A stretch of DNA of 63,077 nucleotides, the filler included, from Octopus bimaculoides (taxonomy: Eukaryota): the NCBI RefSeq assembly GCF_001194135.2. It is 7 parts of 5 records of this genome, joined end to end, with 100 filler letters (N's around TTAATTAATTAA, not from the genome) between each part and the next. Parts side by side here need not be neighbours in the genome. Positions count along the whole stretch, not along the records: positions 1 to 9,080 come from NC_069003.1; positions 9,181 to 20,092 come from NC_068981.1; 5 more parts are not named here. One strand, written 5' to 3'. A program made the position numbers and the translations under genes. The notes beneath the pieces are model-generated. The model did not search any database. It was not told the DNA's origin and saw only the letters and a program-made list of their open reading frames with translations. Positions 1 to 10,934 of the stretch are shown here, one piece after another (positions within the stretch are counted from its first letter, which is position 1; every line of letters begins with the position of its first letter).

Positions 1-53
1 CAATAATAATAATAATAACAATAATAATAATAATAATAATAATGATGATGATG

Positions 54-90
<37 letters not shown>

Positions 91-93
91 GTA

Positions 94-142
<49 letters not shown>

Positions 143-187
143 TGATGATGATGATGATTAATAATAATAATAATAATGATAATAGTA

Positions 188-242
<55 letters not shown>

Positions 243-330
243 TGATGATGATGATGATGATTAATAATAATAATAATAATGATGATGATGATAATAATAA
301 TAATAATAATAATAATCATGATAATCACGC
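1..330. repeat. (AAT)n/(GAT)n compound microsatellite
   Basis: Direct reading of the trinucleotide runs. Confidence 0.97.
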
Positions 331-985
331 CGCCGCCACCGTTTCACCAATATCGCTATTGTTAGTACTACTACCACTACCAAGGAGAATATCATACTAA
401 CACCACCTCCACCACAACCTAAACAACCGCCACTCCTACTCCCCCCCCACTATCACCACCATTAGTGCTACAACTAATAATGAAACTATTATCAATATCA
501 TCACCACTACCCTCATCATCATTACTGCCTCCGCTTACTACTACTACTACTACTACTACTACTGCCAGGACTACTACTACCACCACTACTGCTGCTAAGA
601 TTACGACTACTACTACTACTATGATGATGATAATGATAATAATAATAATAATCCGCCACCACTACAACCAGTACCACAATCACCACCACGACCACTATCA
701 CCGTCACCACCACCACCACCACTAACACTAGGACTACTACCACCACCATAACCACTACAACCAGCACCAGCACTACCACCACCAGCACTACCATCGTCAC
801 CATCACCAGCACAACCACCACTATCACCACGACTACTACCGCAACCACTACAACCAGTACCAACACCACCAACGCCAGCGCTATCACCATCATCATCATC
901 ACCACCACCACCACCACAACTACTGTCACCACTACACAACTATACCACCACCACCATACCAATGACATCAGTGATGACGTTGTAA
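331..985. repeat. Degenerate (ACT/ACC/CAT)n low-complexity tract
   Basis: Thr/His/Val-homopolymer ORFs in several frames come from the triplet repeat. Confidence 0.9.
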
Positions 986-1002
986 TATTGGGGTGTTTTG
1001 AA

Positions 1003-1222
1003 GGCGGCGAGCTGGCAGAGTGGTTAGCACGCCGGGCGAAATGCTTGGCGGTATTTCGTCTGTCTTTACGTCCTGAGTTCAAAATCCGCCGAGGGTCGAT
1101 TTTGCCTTTTATCCTTTCGGGGACGATAAATTAAGGACCAGTTGCATTACTGGGGCTGATCTAATTGACTGGCCTCTTCCCCAAAAGCATTTCGGGGCTT
1201 GTACCTAGAGTAGAAAAGAATA
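1003..1222 (+). mobile_element. tRNA-headed SINE family B, full length
   Basis: Head GGCGGCGAGCTGGCAGA (A box) and GAGTTCAAA (B box), body GTCGATTTTGCCTTTTATCCTTTCGGGG. More than 12 homologous copies in the window. Confidence 0.88.
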
Positions 1223-1500
1223 TTGTCGCGTAATGATAGTACTTTCAGAAAGACAAAGCGGAAAAATGTCTTCTTACCATTTCGGAAGAAGAAGTCTTAT
1301 CTTCTCAAAACCTATTTCTTACTGGTTCTTTTTGGACTAACTCTGCATGGAAAGGTTCCCCTGTTCAACGCAGGCGAAACAGAAGCTGGTGTGATTCGAA
1401 ACCAGAACGTAAAGTTGTGCAATATACACTACATACTACAAAGCATTTTCGTCTGATGCTCTTCCGATAAAATGCATACATTATATATGTATATTCTTTT

Positions 1501-1930
1501 ATTCTTTCATTCTTTTACTTGTTTTAGTTATTTGACTGCAGCCATGCTGGAGCACCGCCATGTTGGAGCACCGCTATGCTGGAGCATCGCCCATAGTCGA
1601 ACAAATCGACCCCAGGACTTGTTTTTTGTAAGCCTAGTACTTATTCTATCGGTCACTTAGGCCGCACTGCTATGTTACGCAGACGTAAACACACCAACAT
1701 CGGTCGTCAAGCGATGGTGGGGGGACAAACACACACTCACACACACACACACACACATATATATAAACGTACGATGGGTTTCTTTCAATTTCTATCTACC
1801 AAATCTACTCACAAAGCTTTGGTCGGCCCGAGGCTATGTTAGAAGACACATGCCCAAGATGTCAGTCACGAAGTGAGACTGAATCAGAGACCATGTGGTT
1901 GGTAAACAACCTACTTACCACACTCTTGCG
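1501..1930 (-). mobile_element. tRNA-headed SINE family A (CORE-like), full length with internal (CA)n/(TA)n
   Basis: Colinear with copies at 10207-10613, 38180-38637 and 52795-53220. Confidence 0.88.
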
Positions 1931-2235
1931 CATATGTATGTATGACATTGTTGAGTTTTATTTCAAGATTTCTTGCCAATAAAGATATTTTTATGTGTAG
2001 GTATACGTACACATTTGCATATTTTGTTTTGTGTATGTTTTCCCATGCATGTACAAGACGGGGCGGGGCGGAGAGGTCGGACGTTTTTGAAAAATTCACG
2101 AAATCATTAAATTTAGCTGCAAACAAATTTTGTTGACATCAGTGCATATGTGTGTGTGTGTGTGTGTATTGATAATAATAATAGGACAGCAAAAGAATGA
2201 ATGAGACCTCGATATTATGTAAACAGAGGAATTTA

Positions 2236-2312
<77 letters not shown>

Positions 2313-2463
2313 AATAATTACTGTGACGCATTGTGTTGAATATTGTATAAAAGATGTTGGGTAAGGTCAAGACGCCTGTTGTTATTTTTTGTTGTTTGTA
2401 TTCGTAGTTCTGTACCATATTCTCCGTTTTTTTTTGTTTGTTTGTTTTTTCTCTTTGTTGCAG

Positions 2464-2565
2464 TACACATTCGCTAGCTTTCTTACAAAGCGATCTAATG
2501 CTCTTAGCTTAGACTTTTGGGGGGCAACCAGATCGAACCATCTCAAGTGTAACTGCCCGAAATAG
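2464..2565 (+). CDS. Candidate terminal coding exon YTFASFLTKRSNALSLDFWGATRSNHLKCNCPK*, product unknown
   Basis: About 35-nt polypyrimidine tract ending TTGCAG at 2463, open frame to TAG 2563-2565, AATAAA at 2798. Homology not recognised. Confidence 0.35.
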   Translation, partial: YTFASFLTKRSNALSLDFWGATRSNHLKCNCPK

Positions 2566-2733
2566 TCGTGACTTCGGGACTTGACTGATGAAAGAAAGCC
2601 AAGAAGGACCCGTCTTTTTTTCTTTTCTCTGTCTTTCTTGCCAGTTTCTTGCCTGTTTTTGCCTGTTTCTTTTGTATCGTCTACCTGTCCAAACGTTTTA
2701 ATGCCCTCTATCACGTTTTTGTTCCATTTATAT

Positions 2734-2766
<33 letters not shown>

Positions 2767-2869
2767 TGCATGCATTTATATACATGTATATCATATGAAT
2801 AAATATTCCTTATATAAATGGCAGTAGTTAGAGAGAGTTGCAAAGGCCGAGAGCTTCGTTAATAAACGC

Positions 2870-2960
2870 TTCTTAACAAACGAAGGTGCCACGCAGTAGG
2901 ACTGATCCCGGAACCATAATGGGTGGGAAGCAAGCTCCTTATAATGCAGCTACGCCTGGG
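2870..2960 (-). mobile_element. SINE family A head fragment
   Basis: GGTGCCACGCAGTAGGACTGATCCCGGAACCAT matches the family A 5' end in reverse. Confidence 0.7.
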
Positions 2961-3047
2961 CATATGTATATTATGAACAATAACTCAAATACACACATGT
3001 GCATGTGTATATATATATATATATACATAGCTAGCTAGAGGCGATGG

Positions 3048-3175
3048 CTTCTTGGAGCTAATTCACGGCAGCTTTCGTCCTAATTTTGGGACTGCCATGT
3101 TGGCTTGGCGATAACTATTAATTTCCAGTACCGCTGCCGTAGTCTCCTTTAGAGAGACTTAGAAATATTAATAAC
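3048..3175. repeat. Unclassified interspersed repeat, second copy at 54933-55035
   Basis: GGACTGCCATGTT(G/A)GCTTGG(C/T)GATAACTATTAAT...GTAGTCTCCTT shared over about 100 bp. Confidence 0.65.
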
Positions 3176-4052
3176 TCTATTTCTGAAAACCAGTGGATAG
3201 ATTCCACTGAAATTAGATAAATAACCTTCGAGCAGATAGTCAGCAGCGCCGCCTGGCTAAGGCTTGGCTGNNNNNNNNNNNNNNNNNNNNNNNNNNNNNN
3301 NNNNNNNNNNNNNNNNNNNNNNNNNNNNNNNNNNNNNNNNNNNNNNNNNNNNNNNNNNNNNNNNNNNNNNNNNNNNNNNNNNNNNNNNNNNNNNNNNNNN
3401 NNNNNNNNNNNNNNNNNNNNNNNNNNNNNNNNNNNNNNNNNNNNNNNNNNNNNNNNNNNNNNNNNNNNNNNNNNNNNNNNNNNNNNNNNNNNNNNNNNNN
3501 NNNNNNNNNNNNNNNNNNNNNNNNNNNNNNNNNNNNNNNNNNNNNNNNNNNNNNNNNNNNNNNNNNNNNNNNNNNNNNNNNNNNNNNNNNNNNNNNNNNN
3601 NNNNNNNNNNNNNNNNNNNNNNNNNNNNNNNNNNNNNNNNNNNNNNNNNNNNNNNNNNNNNNNNNNNNNNNNNNNNNNNNNNNNNNNNNNNNNNNNNNNN
3701 NNNNNNNNNNNNNNNNNNNNNNNNNNNNNNNNNNNNNNNNNNNNNNNNNNNNNNNNNNNNNNNNNNNNNNNNNNNNNNNNNNNNNNNNNNNNNNNNNNNN
3801 NNNNNNNNNNNNNNNNNNNNNNNNNNNNNNNNNNNNNNNNNNNNNNNNNNNNNNNNNNNNNNNNNNNNNNNNNNNNNNNNNNNNNNNNNNNNNNNNNNNN
3901 NNNNNNNNNNNNNNNNNNNNNNNNNNNNNNNNNNNNNNNNNNNNNNNNNNNNNNNNNNNNNNNNNNNNNNNNNNNNNNNNNNNNNNNNNNNNNNNNNNNN
4001 NNNNNNNNNNNNNNNNNNNNNNNNNNNNNNNNNNNNNNNNNNNTATATATAC

Positions 4053-4087
<35 letters not shown>

Positions 4088-4229
4088 AATAGAGAGTGAG
4101 AGGGAGTGAGAGAGAAGAGAGAGAAGAGAGAGAGGAGAAAAACAGAAGCAGAGACAGAGACAGACAGACAGACAAACAGAGACACTGACAAAGAGAGAAA
4201 ACGTCCACACACAAAACTGACAGGTATTC

Positions 4230-4715
4230 ATTCATATATGCGCGTGTATATATGTATGTATGTATGTACGTATGTATGTATACATGTGGATGTATGTATG
4301 TGTACGTTTGCATGTATGTATGTATGTATGTATGTATGTATGTATGTATGTACGTACGTATGTATGTGTGTGTGTACGTTTGCATGTATGTATGTATGTA
4401 TGTATGTATGTACGTATGTATGTATGTGTGTGCTCTTATGTACGTACGTATGCATGTATGTATATATGTATGTATGTGTGTATGTGTATGTGTGTATGTA
4501 TGTGTATGTACGTATGTATATATGTATGTGTATGTATATATGTGTGTGTATGTATGTGTATGTATTTATGTACGTCTGTGAGTGTATGTATGTGCTTCTG
4601 TATGTGTACGTACGTACGTATGTATGTATGTATGTATATATATATATGTATGTGTGTATGCACGGCTGTATTTGTGTTTGTATGTTTGTGTACGGACGTA
4701 CGTACGTATCTATGT
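4230..4715. repeat. (TATG)n/(TG)n compound microsatellite
   Basis: Direct reading; source of the MYVC/HTYI pseudo-ORFs. Confidence 0.95.
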
Positions 4716-5086
4716 ATAACCAGAAGGTGACAAAAATCAGCAATAATTTCGAAACGCCACAGCAATGACGTAAACCGTTTCATTTAATATTGACTCATTT
4801 TTGTCGTCTTTACGTTCTTTTTACCATTATTATTATTGTTGTTGTTGTTGTTTTTGTTATTTCTGTAGTTCTTGCTGCTACTGCAGCTACCCACTGCAAC
4901 TGCTGTTGCTGCTGCTGTTACCGTTGATGCTGCTGCTGCTACTGCTGCTGCTTCTCCTGCTGCTATCATTGTCATGAACCACGTTCCACTCCAGTTATTT
5001 TGCGGAACGTCGTTTATGTCACGATTAGCAGCCTCCCCAATCGGATCACATAACCTCACTGGCACACACACACAAACACACACACA

Positions 5087-5123
<37 letters not shown>

Positions 5124-5349
5124 TCTGTCTCTCCCTTTCTTACGTTGATCGTGTCTACGTGTGTGCGCGCGTATATGTGTGTTCACCCGGATGTCTTGAA
5201 CACACATATATAAATAAATAAAAGTGAATAGATATTCATGGATTGTTCGAACGTGTAGGCCACGGCTTTGGTCCTGAATCTCTGAAATTGTTCTCCGGTC
5301 TGATGTTTACATGGAAAGGTTCATGGGTTAAATAATATATTCCGAAATG

Positions 5350-5564
5350 TTCTTTTCTATTCTAGGCACAAGGCCCGAAATTTTGGGGGAGGGGGCCAGT
5401 CGATCTCATCAACCACAGTACTTGACTGGGACTTAATTTATCGACCCTGAATGGATGATAGGCAAATTCGACGTCGGCGGAATTTGAACTCAGAACGTAG
5501 CGGCAGATGAAATAACGCTAAGCATTTTGCCCGGCGTGCTAACGTTTCTGCCAGCTCGCTGCCT
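5350..5564 (-). mobile_element. SINE family B, full length
   Basis: Reverse complement of the 1003-1222 consensus. Confidence 0.88.
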
Positions 5565-5629
5565 TAAAACAATAAAAATATTGTATGACCTCCACCACAG
5601 AAATACATATTGGAAGGATAATTAATAGT

Positions 5630-5875
5630 GGCACTGAGATGGCTGTGTGGTTAAGAAGATGGCTTTGCAACCACGTAGTTTCAGGTTCAGTCCGACTTTG
5701 CGAAACTTCGAGCAAATATCTTCTACTATATTTCCGTAATGACTAATGACTCATATGAGTGGACTTGGTTAACGGAAACTATGCGAAAGCCTGCAAAATG
5801 CTCGCACGCGCGCGAGTGTGTGTGTGTGTGTGGCGTTCTTATTTCTCGCTCCCATCTGATTGACAACGGTGTCAG
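5630..5875 (+). mobile_element. Degenerate SINE family A
   Basis: GATGGCTGTGTGGTTAAGAAG...GGTTCAGTCC head and CTTCTACTATA segment. Confidence 0.65.
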
Positions 5876-5880
5876 TTTTT

Positions 5881-6017
5881 TGCCAGCTGAGTGAACTAGA
5901 GCAACGTGAAATAAAGTGTCTTGCTCAAGAACACAACACGCAGCCCGATCCGGGAATCGAACTCACTACCTCGGGATTGTGAGCCCGAAGCTCTAACCAC
6001 TGAGCTATGCGCCTTCA
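5881..6017 (-). mobile_element. tRNA-headed SINE family C, 5' part
   Basis: GAAGGCGCATAGCTCAGTGGTTAGAG (A box), GAGTTCGATTCCC (B box), then GTGTTCTTGAGCAAGACACTTTATTTCAC. Related heads at 34430-34530, 55650-55720 and 56796-56826. Confidence 0.8.
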
Positions 6018-6419
6018 ATCACACACACTCACATACACACTCACACACACACATACAGGCACAAGTACGATGTGGGAGAAAGAGTAAACCGAGAAACAGA
6101 GTGCGATCGTATGGTCGTAACAGACGCGATTTAATAACGATAAAGGCTTTACGTTCTTTAAGAATAGATAAGTAAACTGCATAGCGTAGTTCTGAATAGA
6201 ATGTGTCATAAAAGAGAGGAGGGATGGTCACAGAATTGAATGGCGGTCGGTTGACGTAAGTACAACTCAACGAAAGACCTTCCAATAGCAATATCCGGAA
6301 CGACAGATCTCAGCGCAACAGCCTATCCTTGATGCAATTCAGAGTGAATCATCGAGGGCTGAGTGATCAGGTCTAACATGGAGATATACAACAACGAAAA
6401 CAACAACAAATGATAATAA

Positions 6420-6631
6420 TGGTTTCGAATTTTGCCACAAGGCCAGCAATTTTAGGGGAGGGGATGAGTTGATTGCATCGGCCCCAGTGTTCAAATGGTT
6501 TTTATTATATCGACCCCGAAAAGGGTGAAATGCAAAGCCCACTTCTGAAGCATTTGGACTCAGAATGTAGCGACAGACGAAGTGCCATTAAGCATTTGGT
6601 CCGGCGTGATAACGATTCTGCCAGCTCACCA

Positions 6632-6633
<2 letters not shown>
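6420..6633 (-). mobile_element. SINE family B
   Basis: Homologous to the family B consensus; abuts an (AAT)n array. Confidence 0.82.
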
Positions 6634-6635
<2 letters not shown>

Positions 6636-6721
<86 letters not shown>

Positions 6722-6887
6722 NNNNNNNNNNNNNNNNNNNNNNNNNNNNNNNNNNNNNNNNNNNNNNNNNNNNNNNNNNNNNNNNNNNNNNNNNNNNNNN
6801 NNNNNNNNNNNNNNNNNNNNNNNNNNNNNNNNNNNNNNNNNNNNNNNNNNNNNNNNNNNNNNNNNNNNNNNNNNNNNNNNNNNNNNN

Positions 6888-6968
<81 letters not shown>
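6636..6968. repeat. (AAT)n microsatellite spanning an N gap
   Basis: Direct reading. Confidence 0.97.
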
Positions 6969-6970
<2 letters not shown>

Positions 6971-7071
6971 CCTACATGAACTTCTAACTTGTTGTCTCTT
7001 GAGGTCTCTGGGTGAGACTTGGATCCAACTTGTACAAATGCAAAACAAAAGTCAAACAAAATAATAATAAT
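6969..7071 (+). mobile_element. Short unique insert between (TAA)n runs, possibly the 3' end of an R4/Dong-type retrotransposon
   Basis: About 90 bp (GTCTCTTGAGGTCTCTGGGTGAGACTTGG...) flanked on both sides by TAA repeats. Family assignment is inference. Confidence 0.3.
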
Positions 7072-7680
7072 CCTTTCTACTATAGGCACAGTGCCTGAAA
7101 TTTTTGTTGGGGGAGGATTCAGTCGATTACATCGAACCCCAGTATTCAACTGGTACTTAATTTATCGACCCCCGAAAAAATAACAGCAAAGTCAACTTCG
7201 GTGGAATTTGAACTCAGAACGGGACGACGGGCGAAATACCTCGAAGGATTTTGTCCATCGCGCTAACGATTCTGACAGATCGTCGCCTTAAAGTTAATTA
7301 TTAATATTACTATTATCATTTCATATTTTGGTAACATTTAAACTCAGAATGTAAGGAACCGGAAGAAATGCCGCTGAGCATTTTATCCGACGCGTTAACG
7401 ATTTTACCAGCTTGCCACCTTCTGCTATCAGTGCTAATTAAGATATTCGTTTCAAATTTTGGCAGAAATCCAAATATTTTGATTGAGAGAAAGGGGATTA
7501 GTCGGTTACATGACCCCTCCCCTCGTACCCAGGTTCGATCAAAAAAGGTACCAGTGCTCAGCTGGTACTTATTTCATCGATCCCGTAGAGATGAAAGATG
7601 AAGTTGACTGCGTTGGAATTTAAACTCGGGACGCAAAATGTCGAAACAACTACCGATAAACATTTTTGCCTACCTGCGAT
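7070..7680 (-). mobile_element. Cluster of three SINE family B copies (7070-7287, 7338-7420, 7450-7680)
   Basis: Repeated GGAATTTGAACTCAGAA and GCTAACGATT segments, all in reverse orientation. Confidence 0.78.
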
Positions 7681-7919
7681 TGTAATAAACCGACCGTCTT
7701 AACGCACCAGTACCACCAACACCATCCTTAACATATTGGTCTGTCCTACTTACCATCCACCACCATCACCGTAACTCTCGACCGTTTCCTTTTGATCTCC
7801 GTTGTGTCTATTCGTGATTGTGTAGTGGTTCATTTGAAATTTTGATAATAATATTCAGAGCTTTGATTCGCTTAAGCTGATAACTTTTCGTTTGCAGTCT
7901 TCGTTCCGTCCGCTTTCCC

Positions 7920-8320
7920 CCAGGAACATCGAGCGAATAGATAATCTTTAATTCATTTTAAATAGAGCTAGGCAGACATTAATGTTCATGTGGTTACGAT
8001 TAAGAGGATAATCTATCCTTACGTAGTTTCAAAATGCTGGCTGGTGATGAAAGGAAACGTAAATAAGATCAAGGCTTTCTACAATGGGTGCCGGACGATA
8101 ACCTGCTTCTTCTTCTGGTACAACGCTATGCCAAATGAAGAGCTGTGCCGTCAAACTGGTTGCAGTGGTGTGGTCCTTGCAGTAAAACCCTACGATCACA
8201 GATAGCTGGTCACGCTGTCGCTGCAGGATACCAACAGTATTATTAAGATGGCGGCCGTTTCGGAATGCGAAAACGTAACCCGATAATTAGAACAAGACAT
8301 AAAGCAGTTGTGATTGTGAA
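7920..8320 (+). mobile_element. Highly decayed RTE-clade LINE fragment (post-RT domain)
   Basis: KIKAFYNGCRTI...W...MPNEELCRQTG and downstream AGHA resemble the RTE pattern F.N.CLR.IL.I.W...SNEEL.RRT...W.GHV. Confidence 0.5.
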
Positions 8321-8944
8321 GATGTAGTGAAATGCATCTTGCATTGAACAAGATGCATTGAACAAGGTATGAAAGGCATCGAATTTTGGAAATCTTATTT
8401 TCCAACTGGGAAGAAAATTCTTTTAGATTTGAGTTTTGGAAAGTAAAACAAAAATAATAATAGAAAGAAAGAAAGAAAGAAAGAAAGAAATAAAGAAAGT
8501 AAAAAAGAAAGAAAGAAAGAATGAAAGAAAAAGAGAATGAAACAGAGAAAATGCAGCGTTTGTTTCGGCTCTTTACATTCTGAAATCAAATCTCTACGTA
8601 GTCAACGTCCTCCGGAGACAATCAAATAAAGTACGACCAAATACTAGAGTTGATGGCATTGACTAAGCACTCACTTCAAAAATTGGTGGCCTTGCGCCAA
8701 AGTCAATAGACAATATTATCAATGATTATAATAACCGTTTCTTATGTATTTGGGTACTTTCTTAAAAAGAAATGAACCAAAAGGCAACGACGGGATTCGA
8801 ACCGAAATACATAAGCAAATGGACGTAGTTCCTGGTAGGAAACGCTTTGTCCACACCTCCACTAAGGAAACGCTTTGTCCACAAAGGTGGTTCTAAGCTT
8901 TTTCACTACACTTCTGTCTTTATAATTACTCCTACAGCCAATGC

Positions 8945-9303
<359 letters not shown>

Positions 9304-10162
9304 TCTGAGAGAACGTGAGAGAAAGATATATAGATGCATCTATTTATCTACGTATCTGTATTTATATGTGTGTATGTACAGGGATGGATGTTTATGTGTA
9401 TTTGTATGCGTATGTTTTCTAAGCACAGTCACATATATGCTAGTCGGTGGAAATTTTAACGATTGTGTCGATATTTTACCTTATTTCTTATCAATGCGTA
9501 ACTGTATATATTCGTATGTGTAAACATGCGTGTGTATCTTTTTGGTTTGTATAGTTTCCACCTATGAGTGTTACCATGTACGAGGCATATTCTACAGTCA
9601 TTCTATTTAAGGAAACGCGTTTGAATTTCTGCCTAGCTTATGACGGTTTACACTCCATTCTTACAGATTGCAACCGAAGGAAGAGTACGTTACGGCTGCG
9701 TGGTGAAGACTGAAATAATAAAAATATGTGAGCCGACCAATCCAACCCTGACGGTCAGAGAAGTGTAATTTTCTTTTTGTGATTACACATAAAAACACAG
9801 ACTAACACACACTTTCTCACAAATTCATAGATCCCGTGCCCACTGGCATATTTACACACGGACATATACAAACATTGTGTCTGGAGCAAAGGTCTTAAAT
9901 ATATGAAAAAGAAATAAAACGGGAAATAAAAGGATGTGTGAAAGTAAGGGACTACCCCCACCCAGTTTATGTATTGACAGAAGAAGATAAAGAGAAAAAT
10001 ATCTCTCTAAATAAATAGAAAGAGAGAATAAAGATTGGCGGAGGAAGAGGAAAGAAACGAAGAATGCAGGCAAGCACACGAAAGGAAGGAAAAGAGCGTG
10101 AAGGGAATTCTTAGTTTAGCTAAAAAGACACATTCAAGAAGTAAATGAAAGAAATATATAAG

Positions 10163-10205
<43 letters not shown>

Positions 10206-10206
10206 T

Positions 10207-10613
10207 CTTTTACTCTTTTACTTGTTTCAGTCTTTTAACTGCGGCCATGCTGGAGCACCGCCTTTAGTCGAGCAAATCGACCCCAGGACTTATTCTTTAG
10301 AAGCCTAGTACTTATTCTATCGGTCTCTTTTGCCGAACCGCTAAGTTACGGGGACATAAACACACCAGCATCGGTTGTCAAGCGATGTTGGGGGGACAAA
10401 CACAGACACACAAACACATACATACATATATATATATATATACATATATACGACGGGCTTCTTTCAGTTTCCGTCTACCAAATCCACTCACAAGGCTTTG
10501 GTCGGCCCGAGGCTATAGTAGAAGACACTTGCCCAAGATGCCACGCAGTGGGACTGAACCCGGGACCATGTGGTTGGTAAGCAAGCTACTTACCACACAG
10601 CCACTCCTACGCC
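10207..10613 (-). mobile_element. SINE family A, full length and well preserved
   Basis: Head (rc GGCGTAGGAGTGGCTGTGTGGTAAG...GGTTCAGTCCC), CORE-like CTTGGGCAAGT, internal microsatellite, tail GAAACAAGTAAAAGAGTAAAAG. Confidence 0.92.
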
Positions 10614-10650
10614 TATATATATACATACATACATACATACATATATATAT

Positions 10651-10775
10651 ATGTTGCATGTCTCGTTTCTCTGTTTGTCTTTTTCGTTGTTCGAAAAGTT
10701 CGTTTTCTATGTTTTCGTTTCTCATTGTGTTTAACGTTATTTTGATGTCATGTACCCATATATGCATGTATACAT
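10651..10775. repeat. Interspersed repeat, inverted copy at 54025-54300; possibly a Penelope-like terminal repeat
   Basis: ATGTTGCATGTCTC(G/A)TTTCTCTGTTTG...CTCATTGTGTTTA...GATGTC shared between the two sites. Class is inference. Confidence 0.6.
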
Positions 10776-10934
10776 ACATATATATGTAGGTATGTACATA
10801 TATGTATGTATATATGCATATATTTATATATTATTTATATTATATATATATATACATATACATATATACGTATAAGAGTATATATGCATATATGCATATA
10901 TATATATATACATGCATGCATACATACATTCATA

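Noticed and set aside
176-1082. Poly-Ile/Asn/Thr/Val/Gly ORFs
   Set aside because: Translations of triplet microsatellites, open in several frames on both strands.
3118-4385. Long ORFs of 268-381 aa, and similar ones at 18303, 21960, 23975, 25347 and 27409
   Set aside because: Their length comes from N gaps translated as X plus flanking microsatellites.
5940-6017. tRNA-Val(CAC)-like cloverleaf on the minus strand
   Set aside because: 8-nt anticodon loop, no acceptor stem, and it continues into a SINE body. It is a SINE head, not a tRNA gene.
8837-8883. 19-bp direct repeat AGGAAACGCTTTGTCCACA, twice, 28-bp period
   Set aside because: Only two units, so a simple local duplication with no further structure.
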